Shown here: positions 24,411-37,645 of the stretch, in pieces
How the letters are laid out: every line of letters starts with the position of its first letter
Position numbering within the stretch: position 1 is the first letter of the stretch
Assembly: GCA_036630325.1 (NCBI GenBank)
Contig: CP142733.1
Location: 124,001-188,000, forward strand
Direction of reading: 5' to 3'
Length of the DNA: 64,000 nucleotides
Source: Vairimorpha necatrix
Lineage: Eukaryota
Position numbers and translations under genes: made by a program
The notes under the pieces: model-generated
What the model saw: the letters and a program-made list of their open reading frames with translations, nothing else
Database searches by the model: none
Told to the model about the DNA's origin: nothing

Positions 24411-26116
24411 ATGTCCTTCGAAAAGTTCGCCAGTTTCTACCGACCAATTCTAAATTTCTCTGAAGAAGATTTTTTCAATTTATTAACCATTATCAGAAAA
24501 CCTTTACCTTCATCTCTTCGTATCATCAATAATCAGTTTTATGAATTAATAAAACTTAGACTTACTAAAATGAAGAAATCTAAACATTTTAAAGATGTTT
24601 ACGAAGCTCCAAGACATTCTATACCCACTAGAGGGTTTATAGTTAATCAAACTAATATTGGCAATATACAACGACAAGAAGTAGTAAGCATGTTACCAGT
24701 ACTTTTAATGAAATTATCGAATAATTTTAGTGTACTTGATATGTGCGCTGCTCCAGGGTCGAAGACTAAACAGTTATTGGAATGTAGTCGATTAGTAGTT
24801 TGTAATGAAATAAGTTATAAAAGATTGAAAATTTTAATATCTGAGACTAGTAAAATACCAAGTAAAAATTTTTTAGTTTTAAAACATGACGCTTCGTTGT
24901 TACCAGTTTTCAAAAATGATTTTGATCGTGTACTTTGCGACGTACCTTGTTCTGGTGACGGTACAGCTCGTAAGAATTATGAAGTCATACCTAAGTGGTC
25001 AATAGACAATGCGTTGTCTTTATGTGAGTTACAATATAAGATATTGAAACAGGCTACTTGTTTTATAAATGATGGTATGATTATTTATAGTACTTGTTCG
25101 TTGAATCCTATAGAAAATGAGTGTATAGTAAGAAAGCTGTTTTAGAATTAGATTTGGAGATAGTAGATTTAAGAGAGAATGTTGATGATAGAATTAGTAA
25201 AGAGTTTAGGTTTAGAGAAGGATTTAGAAGATGGAAGACGATGAAGATTAATAATGAAGAAATTAGAGAGTATAAAGGGATTAAGTTAGAGAGTGTTGAT
25301 GAGGATATAGGATTAGAGAAATGTGTGCGAGTATTCCCACATGATCAAAATACAGGTGGATTTTTTATTACTGGTCTAAGAAAGCGTAAAATGTCGCAGT
25401 CTCTTCATGAGAATATTGAACTTAATAAAGAGAATATTTCAAACAACATACAAGTAGATGTGAATGTTGAAGATGAAAATTATTATAATATTGAAAAATC
25501 TATTAAAGATTTACAAATCAACAAAGACATAGTTACAAATTTATTAACTTTCGATGACAGAGATACAGATTTACAGATCAATGTAGACAGAGTTACAGAT
25601 TTATCAATCAACAAAGACAGAATAAAAAATTTACAAATCAACAAAGACAAAACAAAAAAAGACACTGTCGATTTCCATGTAGTTTCTAATGAACTAAAGG
25701 AGTCTTTATTTTCTCAATACAATATTACAAATATTAATGACTTTATTCTCATACAGAAACATGACAATTCTAAGTTTATTTATGAAGTCAGTAAAGAAGT
25801 CTTAGAAATCTTAAAGTCTAAATCTTTAAATGTCGCCTTTCATGGCTATAAAATGTTTGAGAAGTGCAGTTTCAGTAAATCGGGGTATTTCCTCAAGACT
25901 GTCCCTAAGGAATTTAAACATGACATTGTGTTAAGAGGGAGTTTATTAGTAGAAGGAATAAAGAACAAGACAGTGAGTATGCCTTTTAAAGTAGGGTGTG
26001 TGATTATATTACTTTATGATTATAATATTAAAGTGAGTGGGTATTCACACGGGGAATATATTAGTATTAATATTGAGAATAAACTTCAGAGGGCCTTAAG
26101 AGATTTCTTAAGATGA
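24411..26116 (+). pseudogene. NCL1: Trm4/NSUN2 family copy 2, one frameshift at ~25130
   Basis: ORFs 24411-25145 and 25121-26116 join into a full paralog if one base is added at gtaagaaagctgtt. Carries a DLQINKD repeat insertion (~25500-25650). Could be an assembly error. Confidence 0.8.
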
Positions 26117-26218
26117 AAAAGTAAATTTATTACTATACATTATTTATGCGTAATTATTTTTACAGTTAACTTTATTTTATTCATGCATAAATTCATTCCA
26201 TATTTTTTTTTGCCCCTA

Positions 26219-28453
26219 ATGGAAGATCTCCTTTTTGATATTCTTAAAAATCCTTCAAATATTTCTATCCTCAAAATTGAGTCTCTTTTAGACACTCCTC
26301 AAGGAGTAGAAATGTTCATTTCTTTATTAAATAATAATAATATTATAGCATTTTCTTATATGAAAATGCAGTGTAAAGAATGGCTTCTAAATCCCATAAG
26401 ACAAGATTTCATTATAAAATATAAAAATATATTTTATAATTTGATAGAGACTAGTAATGATCAGAATTTGAATCTTTTATGTGATTTCTTTGAGATATTA
26501 TTTTATAATTATTTCTACTGGCCCGATTTTATAGATTTTTTAGTAAGTAAAATTATCCCAACAAATACAAATAATAATTATGAAGTAAATAATTACAGTA
26601 TCCATCATAATATTACTAATATTACTAATAATATTACTAATAATATTACTGATAATGTTACTAATAATATTACTAATAATATTACTTTTGTGGTGAATAA
26701 AAGATGCTTAAAAGTTCTAAATTCCATTTTTATGAAATTTAGAAAATTGAATAAATCTGATAAATTATTCTTAGAAATTATCTCATGCATAAACAAGACG
26801 AAATCTCTTTTCTTGACTTTTTACTTAAGTGATAAAAAGTCTGATTTATCCCAAGATAAGAATCTTTTAAACATCTTCTTCAGTTTAGTCTACCAAGATA
26901 TTCATAATTTCTATGAAGAGAACATTGACAAGTTTATCATCACCCTGACTCATCTTTATAAATTAGAAGATCTCCAGTCTACTGTACTGGAGATTTATAA
27001 TTTATTCATTCTCAAATATCCTGATCTTTTGGATTTTACTAAGATCTTGGGGTCTATCCTCATTTCTATCAATAGATTTGATTATCTTAAATATTCAGTA
27101 ATACTGAATATTATAAAAAAGAGGAAGAAAGAAGTCTGTCATAAATTCGAGGATGTACTGGTCAATGCTATAAAATTAGGGAGTATATTAAGCGAGAAAG
27201 AGAAAGAAGAAATGAGTACTCTAGAATATAATATTAATATACTAAATAATATAGATATAAATAGAGGAATATTAATAGATCTAGTACAGAATATTACAGA
27301 AGAAGGAAAAAGGAAAGTATTAATAAATCCACAGGATGAAGAGAGTGGAATATTCTTGTACAGTGCCCTTAAGATCAGGAATAGTGAAATTATAAAGAGA
27401 TGTCAAATTATAATTAATAATTCGACCTCTGATAAATATTTATCATTTATATCTTTCAGATATTTACTAAGTATTAAGGAATATTCATATTGTGATATAG
27501 AATATATCAAGAAAGAGAATATCTGTGTATATTTATGTAGTGAGATGATAAGTAAATATTTACAACAAAATCAAGATCAATTTATACTTCAGAAACTATT
27601 AACTAGTAGTACTAGTATTACTACTAATAATAATTATAGACTGATAAGGAATATTATGATGTTCTTGTTTGGTCAGGAAGAAGATCAATATACTCTTAAA
27701 TTACTAAATATAATAATAAGATATAACCCAGAATATATGACAGATGAAATATATAAATTCCTTATAGAATTCTGTACTATAAATATAAGAAATATAAACT
27801 CCCCACTGGCTTATCAATACATATTTGATATATTCGGGATAATAATAAATAAAGAGAATATAACAAGATACGAGAAAGATCTAACAGAGATAATAAATAT
27901 AATAACTACAGAAGAAATAATAGAAGTGTATAACTTCGGCCTATATCTTCTGTCTATAATAATAAAACATAGTAAGAAAGATTATAGAAATATAATAGGG
28001 ATCATATCCCAAGATGGGATCTGGAAGACAAGTGAAATGTTAATACCAGCCATATGTCTGACTATATCCCTGTATAAAAGGGGATATATGACAGATGAAC
28101 AGATAAATTATATAATACAGTATCTTAGTAATTATAATAAATATTACTCATATATATTATCAGATAATACTAATAATAAAATACTGGAGAGTGAGAATAT
28201 AGAAGAATATTTCATAATGAAAAGTATAAATATAAAGAATATAGAAGAATATTATAAAATATATAAACACGCAGTAGAATATTTCACTAATAATTACATA
28301 ACTAAGAGAAACACAAGGAGAGTAGTAAGAGCATTCATAAGGGGGAGCGAGATAGTAAAAGACGAGATATATAAAAACATAGTAGAGAAAAACAGATTCA
28401 ACTTATCATATGAGAATGTACCGTACTCAATTTATATAAACTTCGAGATATAA
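26219..28453 (+). CDS. CSE1: Cse1/exportin-2 (importin-alpha re-exporter)
   Basis: IFMKFR...SDKLFLEI and QDIHNFYEENI match the Cse1 motifs SDELFLEI and QDIPEFFEDN. Helical; NNIT repeat insertion. CCC-preceded ATG at 26219. Confidence 0.75.
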   Translation: MEDLLFDILKNPSNISILKIESLLDTPQGVEMFISLLNNNNIIAFSYMKMQCKEWLLNPIRQDFIIKYKNIFYNLIETSNDQNLNLLCDFFEILFYNYFYWPDFIDFLVSKIIPTNTNNNYEVNNYSIHHNITNITNNITNNITDNVTNNITNNITFVVNKRCLKVLNSIFMKFRKLNKSDKLFLEIISCINKTKSLFLTFYLSDKKSDLSQDKNLLNIFFSLVYQDIHNFYEENIDKFIITLTHLYKLEDLQSTVLEIYNLFILKYPDLLDFTKILGSILISINRFDYLKYSVILNIIKKRKKEVCHKFEDVLVNAIKLGSILSEKEKEEMSTLEYNINILNNIDINRGILIDLVQNITEEGKRKVLINPQDEESGIFLYSALKIRNSEIIKRCQIIINNSTSDKYLSFISFRYLLSIKEYSYCDIEYIKKENICVYLCSEMISKYLQQNQDQFILQKLLTSSTSITTNNNYRLIRNIMMFLFGQEEDQYTLKLLNIIIRYNPEYMTDEIYKFLIEFCTINIRNINSPLAYQYIFDIFGIIINKENITRYEKDLTEIINIITTEEIIEVYNFGLYLLSIIIKHSKKDYRNIIGIISQDGIWKTSEMLIPAICLTISLYKRGYMTDEQINYIIQYLSNYNKYYSYILSDNTNNKILESENIEEYFIMKSINIKNIEEYYKIYKHAVEYFTNNYITKRNTRRVVRAFIRGSEIVKDEIYKNIVEKNRFNLSYENVPYSIYINFEI

Positions 28454-28566
28454 AAAAAAATAAATAAACTAATCTTATACTAATACAAATGTACCATACA
28501 TATATAATGTAATACTACTATAATTATATATCACTTATATTATATTATATGTATCTAGTATAATAT

Positions 28567-29277
28567 TTAATTTATGAGCTGCACATTATTGAAATAATTA
28601 GATACCTTAGTATTCAAATTATCCTCAAATGTCTGTAACTTCTCATTTAATATATTTGGATCTTGATCTGGTAACTTATTCTTAATATCTTCTGCACTGG
28701 ACTTAATAAGAGACTTGATATTCGTGGAAACCTGATCTAATGTCTTATTGATTTTATCAACAAGAGAATTATTGGCATCCTCAAACATCTTCTTCTCTTC
28801 AGCCTCAAACTGATTGATTTTCTCTTCAATTAAATTAGTACGCACTTCTATACTCATATTTTCAGAACCAACATCCCAAATCTTATTAAGATTAAGAGAT
28901 ATCTCTCTGTATCTTATATTTGTATTCTCATATACTTCCTTAAGATCTTTCTTTATATCATCCTTTAATTCATCCATATACTTGCCAAGTTGCTCTTTAA
29001 TATTCACTTTAACTTCTTGTATGACTGTATCTGAATCAGGCAAAGAAAGATCTTTCTCTAATTCAGATAAAGAAACATTAATATCATTCACTAATATCTT
29101 GGACACTATATTAATAATATCATTAATAAATGATAACAAAGGAACAGGCGATATCCTATCTTTGTCTAGAATATCAACTGCTTCTAAGTTTACTTGGTCT
29201 TGAGAGGCAACATCCAGTGGTACATTTCCTAATACTCCTGTAAAGCTTAGTAAAAAGACGGCCAAATTAATATGCAT
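28567..29277 (-). CDS. Secreted alpha-helical hypothetical protein
   Basis: Signal-peptide-like MHINLAVFLLSFTGVLG at 29277 followed by amphipathic helices. The upstream ORF extension runs into a tandem repeat. Confidence 0.7.
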   Translation of the reverse strand: MHINLAVFLLSFTGVLGNVPLDVASQDQVNLEAVDILDKDRISPVPLLSFINDIINIVSKILVNDINVSLSELEKDLSLPDSDTVIQEVKVNIKEQLGKYMDELKDDIKKDLKEVYENTNIRYREISLNLNKIWDVGSENMSIEVRTNLIEEKINQFEAEEKKMFEDANNSLVDKINKTLDQVSTNIKSLIKSSAEDIKNKLPDQDPNILNEKLQTFEDNLNTKVSNYFNNVQLIN

Positions 29278-29377
29278 AAAATGTGAAAAAATTATTCTAT
29301 TTATACTTTTAAAATTCATGGAACGTTGTCGAACAAACAAAACTAAACAAACTAAAAAAAATACCGCATGAATAATA

Positions 29378-29690
29378 AAAAAACTACTTAAAAAAGAGTT
29401 CATTTTGTCGGAATATTCACATTTTAATGTATGTTGATTTATATAAAAAAAACATAATGTTTAATTATATATTTTAAAACATAAAAAAATAAACTTAAAA
29501 AGAGTTCATTTTGTCGGAATATTTACATTTTAATATACGTTGATTTAAATAAAAAAACATAAAGTTTGGTTTTATATTTTAAACATAAAAAACTACTTAA
29601 AAAAGAGTTCATTTTGTCGGAATATTCACATTTTAATATACGTTGATTAATATATATTACAGCATAATATTTGGTTTTATATTTCATTTA
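29378..29690. repeat. ~105 bp tandem repeat, 3 copies, upstream of the secreted gene
   Basis: gagttcattttgtcggaatatt at 29396, 29502 and 29605. Confidence 0.85.
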
Positions 29691-31211
29691 AAAAAAAAAT
29701 TTAATGAATGATGCCATATTTAAAAATCGATTAATATCATAATTTAAATGGGTATAGATTCATGTATTTAGAATTTCCTACATGGCCGGATTAGCAACCT
29801 CTAGAATTGAGTCCAATAGGAATTTTCTTTCGTTTCTCTTTCCTCTATCGGCCCCGGTCCGATTCCGTACTCGAAAGCTGCCTAATGATAATAATTATAA
29901 TTATTAAGGTATAATTTAAACACTGAGCAATGATTTCTTATTATTATTGTACAAATACTCAAAGTCTATTGTTATAGTCGACAAGAATGTGATACCCCCA
30001 GTATATATTATATGTTAAAAAACTGTACCTTTTAACATATCAACGTTTATGTTAAAATCGGCCCTAAAGCAATATCCCCATTATTTTATAATAAGCCATT
30101 TGTATGAATTTTACGCTAAGACAACAACCGCACCTTAAGAGAAGACCTTGTATTTATTTGTACATATGGTCAGAATATGCGATATATGTCTAAAACCCCG
30201 TTATAAAATTTTTTACTTCGCTTGTAGTGTAAATATATGTTGCTGGTGTCGGTATCATCCATCTTTGATAATTTTTTTTTAATAATTTCGCAAACTACCT
30301 ATAAATGGTCTCATAAATTTAGAGATTAATGTTTAAACCCAATACCTGTATATTTTATAAAACGATGGCATTTCACAAAACTTGCTAAGCATCGCCTATT
30401 TACATAATAACTCGATAAGATTACCAATTATGTGGACTAAAATTGTAACTTTTAATGTTTAGATGCAAGCTCGAGATTAGTTCGACAAACTTGTATTAAA
30501 TTTATATAATTGATGATCGCTAAAAGACTATATAGTTCGTATACAAATGTCTAAAGACACATTTATCGAAACGCATATAATATTTTTAAATGCAAAATAG
30601 TTTTTGAAGAATATCTCACAACTTAAAATTATATATTACGGACCTTTATATTATATTTTACGTGCAAACAAGTCACATTAATACTAATACAAGTATTCTT
30701 ATGCATAGTTTTATTGTAAACATCGTCAAAAGAAGAATAAAGCCAAAAAAATAATGTTTGAACAAGGATAAAAAGATAAATGGGAACAAAGATGTAGAAA
30801 CGGAAATCAGAATACAGACTATGACATACAATAGCAAAAAAAATCAAGTATCGTTTGTTAAACTATAAGAATTTATAAAAATAAAACAGGCAAAAAGTTA
30901 AACTGTTCCGATAATACTAGTTTTAATTTTTATGCATAAAAACTTGACTTTCTAAAATTCATAATCACATGTTAAAAAAACGCCCCAAGACGTGTATAAC
31001 CCCAATAAAAAAATGCTAAATGTTCCTATAGGCCTAAATTTTGGAGCGCGCTTTTTTGTTATCTATCAAGTGGAGATTTGAAATAATTACAATAGTATCT
31101 TTGCTGGCTAAGAGGCGATCGTAAAGTATATAAATAGTCAAATACGGAAAATAAAAGGTGACTGTTGTTTTTTATGAAGTAAATAAGACCTTAAAAGTTA
31201 TTGAAAGACAT

Positions 31212-34200
31212 TGGGGTATTATCCACATGCCTAGAAAATCATTTTTTCTGATAAAAACTTTTTCTAGAAAAAATGAATTTTCTAGAATTTTATTTTTTTT
31301 TAAATTTTTTTTTTGAAAAGAAGGGCATGAGCTACGAGAAGAGAAGTCATAAGCAAAGCTATGACAGGTCAAAACTTAACAAAGACCAATACAGGCCAGA
31401 AGAGCCTATAATAAAAAAAATTATTTAGAAATGTATTTTAAACTGGGCAAAGTCCCCAGTAATAACGTCAAGTTGAATTCAACGAGGTTAAACATTAACA
31501 GTAATCCAGGAAACATTAAAGAAGATGGGTATACTGAATTCGAAAAGAATATTATCGAATACACTATTAAGTGTAAAGAAAAAATCTTAAAAATATATGA
31601 TATAAAGACTCAGCTCACTCTTAAGCAGTTAGATAAATTTGAAGAATTGGGAAAGGCTAACAAATGGCCATAATTTACTTATCATGTATCTACGATGAAA
31701 GAAAAGAAACTCTTACAAGTAATTCGTATTTAGTTCTCAGAAAAAGGCTTTTAGATATAATTTATCCGCCTGAGCGGAAGAGACAATGCATCAGGGATTT
31801 AGATGCTATTAATCAATCCAATTATACTACCATTAAAGATTATGAGGAGATTATAGGAGAAAGACTTTTAGCATATAGCTATTACAATAGTCTCACTAAG
31901 AAGGAGACCCAAAATAAAAAGGAAGAATTATTTTTAAAAGGATTGGGCGATTTTACGCATTTGGAATTAACGCGTTTAAATATGATTAATCGACCCATAA
32001 TTGAAATTTATGAATATCTAATTCAAGTTGAAAACGAATTAGTAATAAACATGAGTCAAAAGCCAGATCAAATGATTCGAAACTACAACTCAATAACTGG
32101 TAAATTGAATGAGAAGAAATGGTGTAGTTTTCATAAGAGTAACATTTCCCACGATACGAAACATTGCTACTTGCAAAAAAATAAAAATAATCAAAGACAA
32201 GAAAGTAATTATAAACCTGACAAAAATATGATTATTAAATTAAGAAAAAAAATAATTGAAGATGTTATAGTTGAAGGTACTATAAATAACCAAAAGGTAG
32301 ATATTCTAGTAGACAGCGGATCAAAAAATAATTACATTAATAAAGAAGAAGTGAATCGACTGAAATTACAAGTCGTCGAAGGCAAAAAGCTAAAAACAAT
32401 CTTTGGAAACAATACTACCTTAGAATGCGATAAAAAGGTTAATGTAGAATTATTCTTAAAAGATAGGGCCTTTAACACTAGCTTTTACGTATTAGAACAG
32501 GCTCCTGTTAACTTCATCCTGGGCAACGATTTCTTATACAATGTTAACGCGAAGGTTGACTATCAAGCAGGAGTGGTAGAAATAGATAAAATATTATTGG
32601 AAATTCAAGGAATGGAGGAAGAAGCTGGAGAACGACTAGATAAATATTTAGAAAATAAGTCATGCATTGTTAGCGAAGATGAAAAGTTAAATAAATTTGT
32701 TGAACTCTACAAGCAAAATAACAAAAGTTTTAAATACTTGGAAGGAGAATTTGCATCCTTTAATATAAAAGAAAATATCCCTGTAATTAAAAGAAAGGCA
32801 TACACTGTTCCCTTTCAATATATAAATAAGGCAAAGGAAGAAATTAAAAGACTTGTAAAAGAAGATATTATAGAGAAAAGTTTTTCAAATACAGTTAGTC
32901 CTGCATTCTTTATAGAAAAGAAGAATAAAGATCTTAGGCTGGTGGTAGATTACAGAGAAGTTAATAAAGTTATAGAAGATGACCCTTGGATACTACCAAA
33001 TATTGATAATTGCTTAATTAACATGGGGGAAAATGAATATTTCTCACAATTAGACCTTAGTAATGGGTTTAATCAAATAAGAATTGATGAAAAAAGCAAA
33101 GAGATTACATCGTTTTTCCTATTAGGACAGCAGTGGCAGTATAAAAGAATTCCATTTGGAATCAAGCCCGGTCCAAAACTATTTCAAAGGTATATTTTAA
33201 ACATTTTAGGTGATATAGATAATGTATTTGTTTTTATTGATGACATAATCATATATAATTTGACGAAGTCTGATCATATTAAAACCGTACATATGGTGTT
33301 AAAGAGATTATATGATAAAGGAATACAAATCAACTTTGACAAATCAAAATTTTTCCAGAAAGAAATAGAAGTATTAGGATATAGAGTTAACAATAAAGGG
33401 ATTTTCCCTAAGACGAGTTATTTAGAAAACTCGATTTTTAATAAAGAAATAAAAACAAGGCGAGATTTGCAGAAATTACTTGGAGTATTAAATTGGTACA
33501 GAAGATTTATACCAGACATGTCTAGAAAAATTAGCAGCATTACAAACATGTTGTCAAATAAGAATAAAGCGATAAAATTAATTCAAATATGAAGAATGAA
33601 ATAGATAAGATTAAAATGTGGATTAAAGAAAAACATCATCTAAGTTTTCCAGACTACTCAAAAAGGTTTATGCTAGAAAGCGATGCTAGCGATATAGGAA
33701 TGGGAAGTGTACTTATACAAGAAGGAAAGGTAATCAGATACTTTAGTAAGAAATTTTCAGGTTCAGAATTAAATTACACAATCGTAGAAAAGGAGTTCTT
33801 AGCAATCATACTATCCTTACTTGGATTTAAAAATATCATACAAGGTTCTCATGTGGAAGTATTAACGGATAGTAAAAATTGTATCTATGAAAATAAAGCC
33901 TCAAGTTCAAGGATTAGCAGGTGGAAGTTGCTGTTAAACGAATTCTGTCATACAATCAAACATGTAAATGGAAAGGAGAACTGTTTGGCAGATCAACTAT
34001 CTAGAAATCAAGCGTCACTTTTACATCAAAATGAAGAAAACGCAGTCAACACAACAAACATTATAAAAGAATGTTGTCTCTATAAAAAAAATGGATCATT
34101 TTTAACAGATCAAAACAACAGGATCATTATAAAAAAAGGAAAGGCAGAGAGGTTTTTAGAATTTATGCACAAGTATAGTGAACATAGAGGAAGTAGCACG

Positions 34201-35316
34201 CTGTATTACAACCTAAAGAATTATTATTATATAAGTGGGAGTTTAAAAGAATAATAATAAATATAACAAAGAAATGTAACACATGTGGTGTGTTCAAAGG
34301 TAATAACTATTTAAGATATGAAAAAAGTAAAATGATAGCGACGGAAAAATTTGAGAAGATTAGTACGGATATATATGGACCGTTTAATTTAGATAATTTC
34401 ATAACTTCTGGTAGAAAAGAGGTAGGATATATCCTAACAATTACGGATATATATTCGAGGTTTACTCGATTATATTTTTTATACACAGTAAAATCAGAGT
34501 CAGTAATTCAAGCTCTAGAAAATTGGATAGAAACGTACGGCAAGCCAAAAACTTTAATATCAGACAATGGGCGCCAATACATAAGCAAGCAAACTAGAGA
34601 ATTCTTAGCTGAACAACAGATTATACATACATTAATACCTACATATACCCCTAGTTCTAATGGTATATCAGAAGCTATCAACAAGACAATTACATTTGTG
34701 TTGAGTATAAATAAAGGTAAAGAAATTAGACTCGCTCTTGCAAACGCAGAAAATGCGATAAACCGAAATTATAATAGGAATATAGGCAAATCACCATTCT
34801 CCATCATAAACGAATATGATGAATACGATCCTATGCGAAGACCAATATCATATAAATATCCTTATAGTGCGACCACTTTACAGTTAGCTAAAGTGGGAGA
34901 ATTCTGCCGAGAACGCTTATTTAATCCTGATAAGCTTGGATATAAATTTACAAAATTACGAAGAATCGAAGCGGTTAGTAAGAAAGGATATTGGGTCAGG
35001 TTAAAGGGGAATATAGGTTGGAGCCACATCAAAAATCTAAAGTTCTAGGAGAGGCAGACTGTGGTATTATCCACATGCCTAGAAAATCATTTTTTCTGAA
35101 AAAAACTTTTTCTAGAAAAAATGAATTTTCTAGAATTTTATTTTTTTTAAATATTTATTTTTGAAAAGAAGGGCATGAGCTACGAGAAGAGAAGTTATAA
35201 GCAAAGCTATGACAGGTCAAAACTTAACAAAGACCAATACAGGCCAGAAGAGCCTATAATAAAAAATTATTTAGAAATATATTTTAAACTGGGCAAAGTC
35301 CCCAGTAATAACGTCA
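31212..35316 (+). mobile_element. Full-length Ty3/gypsy LTR retrotransposon (frameshifted)
   Basis: LTRs 31212-31470 and 35060-35316 (TG...CA, near-identical); TSD gacat (31207-31211 and 35317-35321); purine-rich aggagaggcagac before the 3' LTR; domain order PR-RT-RH-IN. Confidence 0.95.
31328..35048 (+). pseudogene. gag-pol polyprotein broken by about 4 frameshifts
   Basis: Zn knuckle WCSFHKSNISHDTKHC, protease LVDSGS, RT LDLSNGFNQ/FIDDII, RNase H SDASDIG/YTIVEKE, integrase TDIYGP/SDNGRQY/NGISE across ORFs 31431, 31664, 33589 and 34290. Confidence 0.9.
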
Positions 35317-36297
35317 GACATGTAAAAATATTCCAAAAAGCTGCAGAAAGAATTAGCAACAAAATAACACTTTTTTCTATGATACCAAGAATGTCCACTC
35401 ATACAAAAAAAGAATCTTGTAATGCTGGCTGATCGTATGGATTCTATAACATTTGATGTTTGGGTTCACACATTTATTTCAATTTTTTGTTCTATATAAA
35501 TTAAAATGATAAATTATCATTTTTAAAAATACTGGAAGAACCATAAATGTTAATCAGACCCCGTTTATAAACAGTTTTTAGTAACTAAAGTTATTATTGA
35601 AAGAAAATTTTTATGCCGTGAACGACGTTGTTAGTTTGGTGAATTATGAAAAAGGAAAATAATTGTTTTTTAGAATTTTCTCTATAAACGTCAATAATGA
35701 CATAGTTATTATGGAATATGTAGTATAAAGAACTATAATAAAAACTTATATTCACATCGGGCTGGTTCAGTTCTCTCTACGATTTATAAATAAATTTGAA
35801 AAACATAGTGTGCTTTAACAAATTTTGAGGCTAACATATTGTTAATTCGAACATCTTTGAAAGTCTTTAAGTCTAAATAAAGGACTATAAGAGAGTTGTC
35901 AGGAATCACATTTTAAATTTTTTTTGCAAATTGCAATTTAGTGCCAAGTATATAAAAAGAAAAACCCCGTCCAGGCACTTGCAAAAAGCAATCGGTATTA
36001 TTTTTTCCTTTAATTGACGTGATTTTAAATTTAAGTGCGCCTAAAAATTCTGATGTTTGTAGGACTTATGGGCAAAAAATAGCCATATAGATCATATCTT
36101 ACACTAGGCTTTGAGGAATCTTCCATAAAAATCACTTTAGGTAGGTAATTAAGTAAAAAATTTGACCAATTTGAAAAATCAATTTTTTTCGATTAAAATA
36201 AGCTTTGTCATACAATTTGTCAAAACGCAAAAAAAATTTACCTAGGGTAAATATTTTTATTTTAATTGTAATTTTTTAAAACACTCAAAAAAACTAT

Positions 36298-37285
36298 TTA
36301 TATCGATTTTTCTTCTTTCTTGTTTATAAAAAACATACCATCAATTAACTTTTTGCTTTGTTCAATAGTGTCAGCTATATCCCTCATCCAGGTTAATGGC
36401 GTATCTTTCTGTATATAAAATTCTTCAAAACTTTTTTTTTATTCCATCAATTCATCGAGTATTTCTTTTTCATGGCAGGTTTTACATATTATTGTATAAT
36501 CATAATAATAACAAAGTAAATTAATCAATTCTGGCAAATTTAGCTTATCAACTACTTCTCGTACCTTTGATAAATCTAAAGATATACAATATTGCAACTC
36601 TATAGATTCTAAAATTATATCTAAGGAATATATTTTTGGCAAAATAAAATCACAAATATCAATAATCAATTGTAAGACATTAATTATTACACAATTATCT
36701 TCTGGCTCAAGGTTTATAAGTTTATTTTTAATGTTTATGGCACGCGCATGTAACAAATTGTAGTATGATTTAAAATTACTATTTAAACATGTCAAATTTA
36801 GTTTGATTTTTTTATAATCTTCGATGTAAAAACACATGTCTATGCTACTTAATGAATTATGTGGGAAAGATTCATATGAATCTTTAATGCTTTTAAATTT
36901 ATTTTTATTTTCTGTGTATTGAAGTTTTATCTGATTGCCCGATGCATCTGTATTTTCATCAAAATATGTATATATATATATATATATCTTCTTTTTCTGT
37001 GTCGGACGCAGACTCTTTATATGTTTTAAGGGTTTCATCTTCTTGTAATGGGGTATTCCCGTACTCAATAGTTGTATCCATATTATCTTCTGTCTTTATA
37101 GCATTTAGTTCTTCCATAATTGCCAAAAGTTTGCTGTTAGCATCATTTTGAATATTATATTGTATGTTTTGCATAATAGTATCTGTTGAGTGAAATAATA
37201 ATTATTTATAGCCCCTATTCTAGAATAAATGTTTAGTATCGAAATAATATTCAGAACATTTGAACAAAGAAAGATATAAAAACAT
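36298..37285 (-). pseudogene. Secreted-protein family member 1 (disrupted)
   Basis: CCC-preceded ATG (MFLYLSLFKCS), early stop, frameshift at a (TA)n tract ~36969-36987 and a stop in an A-run at ~36439. Shares IEDYKK and DF.LPK...DIILESIELQ with the 45.1 and 48.6 kb genes. Confidence 0.75.
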
Positions 37286-37645
37286 GAGGGCGTTGATTCT
37301 GAAATTTTTTATATGATAAAAAAATAATTTCTAGTACTCTTATAAATGAGCTTTGAATCAACAAACTATAAAAATTTATAAAATTACAAGATCGGATTAT
37401 ACAAAATGGTGTCATATGACAAAAATAAAAAAATACGGCAACGTATACTAAACAATATATATATATATAGATGTAAATCTGATTTAAGTATATTAAGCAG
37501 AGTGTCTTTTTTAATTTATATTTGAATGTATATTACAAAAACATGTCTTTTGTATGTTTTATATGAAAATTCTACCAATGCTAAAACAACCAAAACATTT
37601 ATGACTAAACTTTAAGGTACAAATGGAAACAGTAAAAATTAAATT

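Noticed and set aside
35175-35432. Independent host gene
   Set aside because: It is the LTR-borne Gag start reading into flanking DNA.
35560-35980. Further transposon relics (also ~1200-1600, 5600-5900, 7500-8200, 40620-40800, 46500-47200, 50470-50700)
   Set aside because: They show hints of coding-like or transposase-like fragments but are too decayed to classify or delimit without a search.
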